From Acidobacteriota bacterium (GTDB taxonomy: Bacteria; Acidobacteriota; UBA6911), in contig JAAYAJ010000023.1 in NCBI GenBank assembly GCA_012719455.1, forward strand, positions 33,045 to 97,044: DNA of 64,000 nt. The letters run 5' to 3'. The position numbers and the translations under genes are program-made. The notes beneath the pieces were generated by a model. The model did no database searches. It saw nothing but the letters and a program-made list of their open reading frames with translations, and was not told the origin of the DNA. This document shows positions 58,901 through 64,000 of the stretch, in pieces (the stretch's first letter is position 1; every line of letters begins with the position of its first letter).

Positions 58901-60181
58901 TCAGTCGACCCGCACCAGCCGGTAGTTCCTGCGGCCATGGCGCACCACGAGAAAACCCCCGTCGAGGAGATCGGAGGCCGTCACCCGGCGCGCGGTGTCG
59001 GCGACGCGGAGGTTGTTCAGGTAGATCCCCCCGCCCTCGACGGCGCGCCGCGCCTCCCCCTTGGACGCTGCCGCCCCGCATTCCACCAGGAAATCGGCGA
59101 CGGCCAGGCCGTCTCCCCCGAGCCGAGCCGCGGCGATCGTACCCGAGGGAACATCGGCGAAGATGTCGGCCACCTCGGCCCCCGTCAGCCCCGCGACCTC
59201 GCCGCCGAAAAGCACCTGGGAAGCTTGTTCCGCCTTGGCAAGGGCCGTTTCGTCGTGGACCATCCGCGTCATCTCCTGTGCCAGCCGGCGCTGCGCCTCG
59301 CGCCGCTCGGGATTGCGGCTCACCGCATCCTCCAGTGCCTCGATCTCGGCCCGGTCCAGCCAGGTGAAATACCGGAGGTAGTTGACGACGTCGCGGTCAT
59401 CGGTGTTCAGCCAGAACTGGTAGAAGCGGTAGGGGGAGGTCCGCGCGGCCGAGAGCCAGACGGCGCCCGAAGCGGTCTTGCCGAACTTGGTCCCGTCCGC
59501 CTTGGTGATCAGGGGGTAGACCAACGCGCCCGCGCTCCTGCCCCGCATCCGCCGGATCAACTCCACGCCGGCGGTGATGTTGCCCCACTGGTCGCTCCCC
59601 CCGGTCTGCAGCGTGCAGCCGAAGTGGTCGTGCAGGTGGAGGAAATCGTACGACTGCAGCAGCATGTAGCTGAACTCGGTGAACGAAATCCCGTCCTCGC
59701 GCTCCAGCCGCATCCGGACCGAGTCCTTGGCGATCATGTAATTGACGGTGAAGTACTTGCCTATGTCGCGCAGGAAATCGACCAGGTTCAGCCCGAGGAG
59801 CCAGTCGGCGTTGTTGAGCAGCAGCGCGGGGTTTGTTTTCACCTCGAAATCGAGGAAGTGGGCCAGTTGCCGCTTGATCGCCTCGATGTTGGACTCGATC
59901 TCTTCGCGCGACAGCAGCAGCCGTTCGTCGGAGCGGCCGCTCGGGTCGCCGATCATGCTCGTGCCGCCGCCGGCCAGCGCGATCGGGACGTGGCCGCAAC
60001 GCTGCAGGCGCGCCAGGGCCAGCAGCGGGACCATGTGCCCCACATGCAGGCTGTCGGCCGTCGCGTCGAACCCGTTATACACCCGCACGGGGCCGCCGGC
60101 GAGCATCTCCGGCACGCTTTCGGTATTCCCGTACACCAGGCCCCGCCACGACAACTCCTCAAACACGCTGTGCCCCATCAT
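58901..60181 (-). CDS. tyrS: tyrosine--tRNA ligase
   Basis: HIGH motif (LHVGH) and KMSKS-like KFGKT. The C-terminal S4 domain is present. The start may be the ATG at 60202. Confidence 0.85.
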   Translation of the reverse strand: MMGHSVFEELSWRGLVYGNTESVPEMLAGGPVRVYNGFDATADSLHVGHMVPLLALARLQRCGHVPIALAGGGTSMIGDPSGRSDERLLLSREEIESNIEAIKRQLAHFLDFEVKTNPALLLNNADWLLGLNLVDFLRDIGKYFTVNYMIAKDSVRMRLEREDGISFTEFSYMLLQSYDFLHLHDHFGCTLQTGGSDQWGNITAGVELIRRMRGRSAGALVYPLITKADGTKFGKTASGAVWLSAARTSPYRFYQFWLNTDDRDVVNYLRYFTWLDRAEIEALEDAVSRNPERREAQRRLAQEMTRMVHDETALAKAEQASQVLFGGEVAGLTGAEVADIFADVPSGTIAAARLGGDGLAVADFLVECGAAASKGEARRAVEGGGIYLNNLRVADTARRVTASDLLDGGFLVVRHGRRNYRLVRVD

Positions 60182-60292
60182 CCGGTCCTCTCCTTGATTC
60201 AACGGGAAAACATACCCGATTCACCCGGGAGCTGCTAGTATAACCTTATCGCGGCGGTCCTTCCTGCTACGGCCGCCGCAAGGGAGGAACCG

Positions 60293-61171
60293 ATGTCCAG
60301 AGCATTATTCGTCTGTCTTTGCGCCCTCTTCTGCGTCCCGGTCCCGCTGCCGGCCCAGGAGGCGGCCGCCGCGGCCCCGGTTGCCGGGCCGGTGTACATG
60401 ATCGAGGGGAAGGGGGCGGGCAACATCGGCGTGATCGCCCACCCCGGGGGGGCCATCGTGATCGACTCCGGGATGGCCGCATCGGCGGCCGGGGTGCGCG
60501 CCGCCCTCGAAGCGCTCCCGGGAGGGGGGAAGATCCGTTTCCTCGTCAACACCCACTGGCACAGCGACCACACCGACGGCAACCACGCCTTGGGACAGGG
60601 AGCGGCCATCGTCGCCCATGACCGGGTCCGGCCGCTCCTTGCCCGTCCGCAGAGCCTGATGGGACAGACGACCGCGGCGTTGCCGGACGAAGCGCTCCCC
60701 TCGGTCACCTTTTCGAACCGGCTGACCCTGTACGCCGGGGACCTCCCGGTCCGCCTCGTGCATTACCCGGGGGCGCACACCAACGGGGACACGGTCGTCT
60801 TCGTCGACCGCTACAAGGCCGTGCACATGGGGGACATGTTCTTCAACGGTCAGTTCCCCTTCCTCGACGTCGACAACGGCGGGGAAATCGAAAGCTGGGT
60901 GCACCACCTGGACGACATCGTCTCCAAGCTGCCCGCCGACGCGCGCATCATCCCCGGGCACGGCCCCCTGGCGACGGTCGCGGACCTCGTCGCCTTCCGC
61001 AACATGCTGGCGCGGTCGGCCGAAATCGTGGGGGAGCGGATGAAACAGGGCAAGACCCTGGACCAGGTCAAAAACGCCGGGCTGCCGCTCGAGTTCGAGC
61101 CCTGGACCCGGGGGTTCATGAGCACCGCCCAGTGGCTGGAGCTGGTCTACCGGAGCCTCGCGAAAAACTAG
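60293..61171 (+). CDS. secreted MBL-fold metallo-hydrolase
   Basis: Signal peptide. HWHSDH metal-binding motif. Confidence 0.7.
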   Translation: MSRALFVCLCALFCVPVPLPAQEAAAAAPVAGPVYMIEGKGAGNIGVIAHPGGAIVIDSGMAASAAGVRAALEALPGGGKIRFLVNTHWHSDHTDGNHALGQGAAIVAHDRVRPLLARPQSLMGQTTAALPDEALPSVTFSNRLTLYAGDLPVRLVHYPGAHTNGDTVVFVDRYKAVHMGDMFFNGQFPFLDVDNGGEIESWVHHLDDIVSKLPADARIIPGHGPLATVADLVAFRNMLARSAEIVGERMKQGKTLDQVKNAGLPLEFEPWTRGFMSTAQWLELVYRSLAKN

Positions 61172-61182
61172 TCAGGGTCCTG

Positions 61183-61968
61183 TCACCACAGCGAGCCGAT
61201 GGCGGCCGTGGCCAGGATGATGACGGCATAGGAACAGCCGAGCCAGAGGGCGGCCGTCGAGGTCTTGAGCTTGCGCGAAACCGCCGCGGCGCCGATGGCC
61301 AGCAGCGCGATCATCCAGATGTTGAAGATGTCGATCCCCTGCGCCAGCCCCATGACGAACTTCGGCAGCGTCCCCGGCTCCAGGACCCCATCGAGCAGGG
61401 AACCCAGGTTGGAAACGATCACCGACCGCAGGTCCGCCGCGGACACCTCCCCCGGCTGCTTGAACTGCAGGATCACGGCCATCAGAACAGTCGTCACGAT
61501 CGAGACCGCGATCGTGGCGTAGAGGGAGACGGCCAGCAGCGGCTTGAACCGGTTCTCGGCGCCCGCGATCAGGCTGAACAGCTTCATGAACCCGGCGATG
61601 ACGAGGCAGAGCAGCAGGGTCGATATCCCCCCCATCACGACGGTGCCCTTGCCCGCCACGTTCGACATCAGCGCCAACTGCTGCTCCATCTGCTCCGCGG
61701 TGATCCTTCCCTGCGCCACCGCCTCTTCGAGCTGCGCCTCCATGGACGCCTGCATGTCGACCTTCTGGGTGACGTACCAAGCGCTGCCCAAGCCCAGGAT
61801 CACCGCCACGAGGATGGGCACGAGCAGCCGCGGGGCGCGCCCGATCTCGGCAAAAGCCTCCTTCGGGGATGTGTACACCCCGCCGAGACGGCTGAAGAAA
61901 TTCCGGGCCGGGGGCGGCGCCTCCCCCCCTTCGGCGCCCAGGGGTTCACGAACGGATTCCGGCTCCAA
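61183..61968 (-). CDS. Yip1-family membrane protein
   Basis: Five TM helices following an N-terminal soluble region. Family call from recall. Confidence 0.55.
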   Translation of the reverse strand: MEPESVREPLGAEGGEAPPPARNFFSRLGGVYTSPKEAFAEIGRAPRLLVPILVAVILGLGSAWYVTQKVDMQASMEAQLEEAVAQGRITAEQMEQQLALMSNVAGKGTVVMGGISTLLLCLVIAGFMKLFSLIAGAENRFKPLLAVSLYATIAVSIVTTVLMAVILQFKQPGEVSAADLRSVIVSNLGSLLDGVLEPGTLPKFVMGLAQGIDIFNIWMIALLAIGAAAVSRKLKTSTAALWLGCSYAVIILATAAIGSLW

Positions 61969-62145
61969 GGCCCCTCCTTACCATTTCTGATCGGGATCGA
62001 AAGAAACCAAGGCAGTATACAAAAAAACGGGGCCGCGCCGCAGCAAGAATCGCCCGATTTTTGGCGCACCCCGGGCGGGCTTTGAAGTATGATGACCCTG
62101 GGACACACGCCGCGGACAACGGCACGATCGGAACAGGAGGCGCTC

Positions 62146-63141
62146 ATGACCGAAGAGTACAGTCCCGAAAAGCTGCTGCAGATCGCACGCGGGTTCATGG
62201 AAAGCCGGATCCTGCTCTCGGCCGCCGAACTCGACCTGTTCACGCTCCTCGAGGCGGCGCCGCTCTCCGCCGAGGAGATCGCGAACAAAACGGGCGCGGA
62301 CCTGCGCGCCCTGACCGCGCTCGTCGACGCGCTGGCCGCCATGGGCCTCCTTGCAAAAACGGAGGCAGGGTATTCCTGCCCCCCCGGTGTAGCGCACTGG
62401 CTGGGCGGGCACTCCCCCAAAACCATCCTCCCCATGGTGCACCACATGGCGGGCCTCTGGCCGCGCTGGTCGCGCCTCACGGCCATCGTCAAGGGATATC
62501 CCCCGGCCAAGGAAAAGCTCGACTTGACGCGCAACGCCGCGGAACTCCGGGCCTTCATCGGCGCCATGCACTCGATCGGCACGCCCATGGCCGCGCGCAT
62601 CGCGGCCGCCGTCGATGCCGGAACGGCCCGGGCGCTGCTGGACGTGGGAGGCGGCTCGGGCACCTACACGATCGCCTTCCTGCGCGCCGTCCCGGAGATG
62701 CGGGCGACCCTGTTCGACCTGCCCCCCGTAATCGAAATGGCCCGGGAACGCCTCGGGGAGGAAGGGATGCTCGGGCGCACGACCCTGGTGGCCGGCAACT
62801 TTCACCACGATGATTTCCCCGGCGGGCACGACCTGGCCCTGATCTCCGCCATCATTCACTCCAACAGCCCGGAGGAAAACCTGAACCTCTACCGGAGGGT
62901 GTTCCGGGCGCTCAAGGCGGGGGGGCGCATCCTGGTCCGGGACCACGTCATGAGTCCCGACCGGACACGGCCCCGGGATGGTGCGGTGTTCGCCATCAAC
63001 ATGCTGGTGGGGACCTCCGGAGGGGGGACCTACACCTTCGGGGAAATCGAGGCCGACCTCGACAGGGCGGGGTTCACCGGCATCCGCCTCCTGTGCGAGG
63101 GGGACCACATGGACGCCGTCGTCGAGGCGCACCGTCCCTAG
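62146..63141 (+). CDS. class I SAM-dependent O-methyltransferase (with N-terminal dimerisation/winged-helix domain)
   Basis: SAM motif LLDVGGGSGTY. RBS AGGAGG. Confidence 0.7.
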   Translation: MTEEYSPEKLLQIARGFMESRILLSAAELDLFTLLEAAPLSAEEIANKTGADLRALTALVDALAAMGLLAKTEAGYSCPPGVAHWLGGHSPKTILPMVHHMAGLWPRWSRLTAIVKGYPPAKEKLDLTRNAAELRAFIGAMHSIGTPMAARIAAAVDAGTARALLDVGGGSGTYTIAFLRAVPEMRATLFDLPPVIEMARERLGEEGMLGRTTLVAGNFHHDDFPGGHDLALISAIIHSNSPEENLNLYRRVFRALKAGGRILVRDHVMSPDRTRPRDGAVFAINMLVGTSGGGTYTFGEIEADLDRAGFTGIRLLCEGDHMDAVVEAHRP

Positions 63142-63183
63142 CCCCGCAACACCAAAGCCTGAAACGACACTTACGGAGGTTCC

Positions 63184-64000
63184 ATGAAACCGCTCGCCCT
63201 CATCGCCGCATTCACCCTGGTCCTGACCTGGGCTCTCGCCGCCCGGACGGAGGAACCCCCCGGAGCCGAAGACCCCTACCTCTGGCTCGAGGATGTCACG
63301 GGGGAGAAGGCGCTCGCATGGGTCCGGGCCCGCAATGCCGAAAGCGAAAAGGAGCTTGCCGGAACGCCCGCGTTCGCCCAAATCGAGCGCGGCATCCTCG
63401 AGATCCTCGACTCGAAGGAGCGGATCCCCTCGATCAGCAAGGCGGGCCCCTGGTTCTACAACTTCTGGCGCGACGAGCGGAATCCGCGCGGGCTCTGGCG
63501 GCGCACCACGCTCGCGGAATACCGGAAACCGGACCCGAAGTGGGAGGTGGTGCTCGACCTGGACGCCCTCGGCAAGACCGAAGGGCGCAACTGGGTCTGG
63601 GGAGGCGCCCAGATCCTCAGGGCCGGCGGCTGGCGCCGCGCCCTGGTGAGCCTGTCGCCGGGCGGGTCGGACGCGGTCGTGGTGCGGGAGTTCGACATCG
63701 AATCCCGCTCCTTCGTCAAGGGGGGGTTCGAACTGCCGGAAGCCAAGAGCGAGGTCTCCTGGATCGATCGCGATCACATCTACGTCAACACCGATTTCGG
63801 CCCGGGGTCGATGACGACTTCGGGCTATCCCCGGATCGGCAAGCGCTGGCGGCGCGGCACCCCGCTCGCGAGCGCCTCCACGGTGTTCGAGGGGAAGGAG
63901 ACCGACGTCTCCGCGGGCGCGTTCTTCGACGACACCAAGGGGTTCGAGCGGCACTTCGCCTACCGCTCGCCCGGATTCTACGAAACCGAGGTCTACCTCC
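63184..64000 (+). CDS. prolyl-oligopeptidase (S9A) family protein, N-terminal beta-propeller domain (partial; runs off window end)
   Basis: Signal peptide. The DPYLWLEDVTGEKALAWVRARN motif is typical of the POP N-terminus. The frame is open to position 64000. Confidence 0.6.
   Translation, partial: MKPLALIAAFTLVLTWALAARTEEPPGAEDPYLWLEDVTGEKALAWVRARNAESEKELAGTPAFAQIERGILEILDSKERIPSISKAGPWFYNFWRDERNPRGLWRRTTLAEYRKPDPKWEVVLDLDALGKTEGRNWVWGGAQILRAGGWRRALVSLSPGGSDAVVVREFDIESRSFVKGGFELPEAKSEVSWIDRDHIYVNTDFGPGSMTTSGYPRIGKRWRRGTPLASASTVFEGKETDVSAGAFFDDTKGFERHFAYRSPGFYETEVYL

Overview
This is a high-GC, anaerobe-type chromosomal segment, probably a sulfate-reducer or syntroph-like member of Desulfobacterota; that placement is inferred from gene content only. 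It is densely coding on both strands. I found no rRNA, tRNA, CRISPR array, transposase or integrase.

From left to right the window holds the following.

1. 1-13.1 kb: two parallel sigma-54-controlled modules. Each has a NifX/NifB-like FeMo-cofactor-binding family protein, and each ends in a paralogous PAS-domain sigma-54 enhancer-binding protein whose PAS domain carries a conserved C-x8-C-x3-C motif. Module B also has two MinD/ParA-type ATPases with inserted 4Fe-4S ferredoxin domains. Module A sits beside NifU-NifS, a DsrE-like protein, DUF364, DUF169 and an MBL hydrolase. A CoA-disulfide-reductase/rhodanese fusion lies between the modules. Three candidate sigma-54 promoters follow the GG-N10-GC pattern, and TTGCAA-type palindromes flank both modules.

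2. 13.1-18.4 kb: an 815-aa glycyl radical enzyme with no adjacent activase. It sits beside an unusually long CofE-like ligase homologue, a thermonuclease and a C_GCAxxG_C_C protein.

3. 20.8-24.4 kb: a HoxEFU-like NAD(H) diaphorase module (NuoE/NuoF/NuoG-N-terminal-like). The NuoE-like subunit is fused to a response-regulator receiver domain. No catalytic partner is encoded nearby.

4. 18.8-42.5 kb: an accessory-looking island of secreted hydrolases. It holds five alpha/beta-hydrolase or esterase genes and a right-handed beta-helix protein. One minus-strand operon encodes a Tat-exported FAD oxidoreductase, a NapH/MauN-like membrane polyferredoxin, an esterase and the beta-helix protein. A TetR-regulated RND efflux pump in this island has its permease gene fused in frame to a TolC-like outer-membrane-factor gene.

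5. 42.7-54.4 kb: housekeeping and small genes, including panD, arfB, a small radical SAM protein, gamma-carbonic anhydrase, a truncated GlsB/YeaQ-like fragment, a ZIP metal importer divergent from a Fur/Zur-family regulator, cyclophilin and an S1-domain protein.

6. 54.5-58.6 kb: a tightly coupled minus-strand cassette of five genes: an ATP-cone/Mrr-like nuclease, an HprK-related kinase, a PF14907-type nucleotidyltransferase, a PqqD-like chaperone and a GT2 glycosyltransferase. This resembles the uncharacterised 'HPr-rel-A' peptide-modification-like system. No precursor peptide is evident.

7. 58.9-64.0 kb: tyrS, an MBL hydrolase, a Yip1 protein, an O-methyltransferase and the start of a prolyl-oligopeptidase gene.

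Coordinates come from the supplied ORF track with start codons re-picked by eye. Where the ORF-track arithmetic and my hand-indexing of the sequence differ, the difference is 1 nt.
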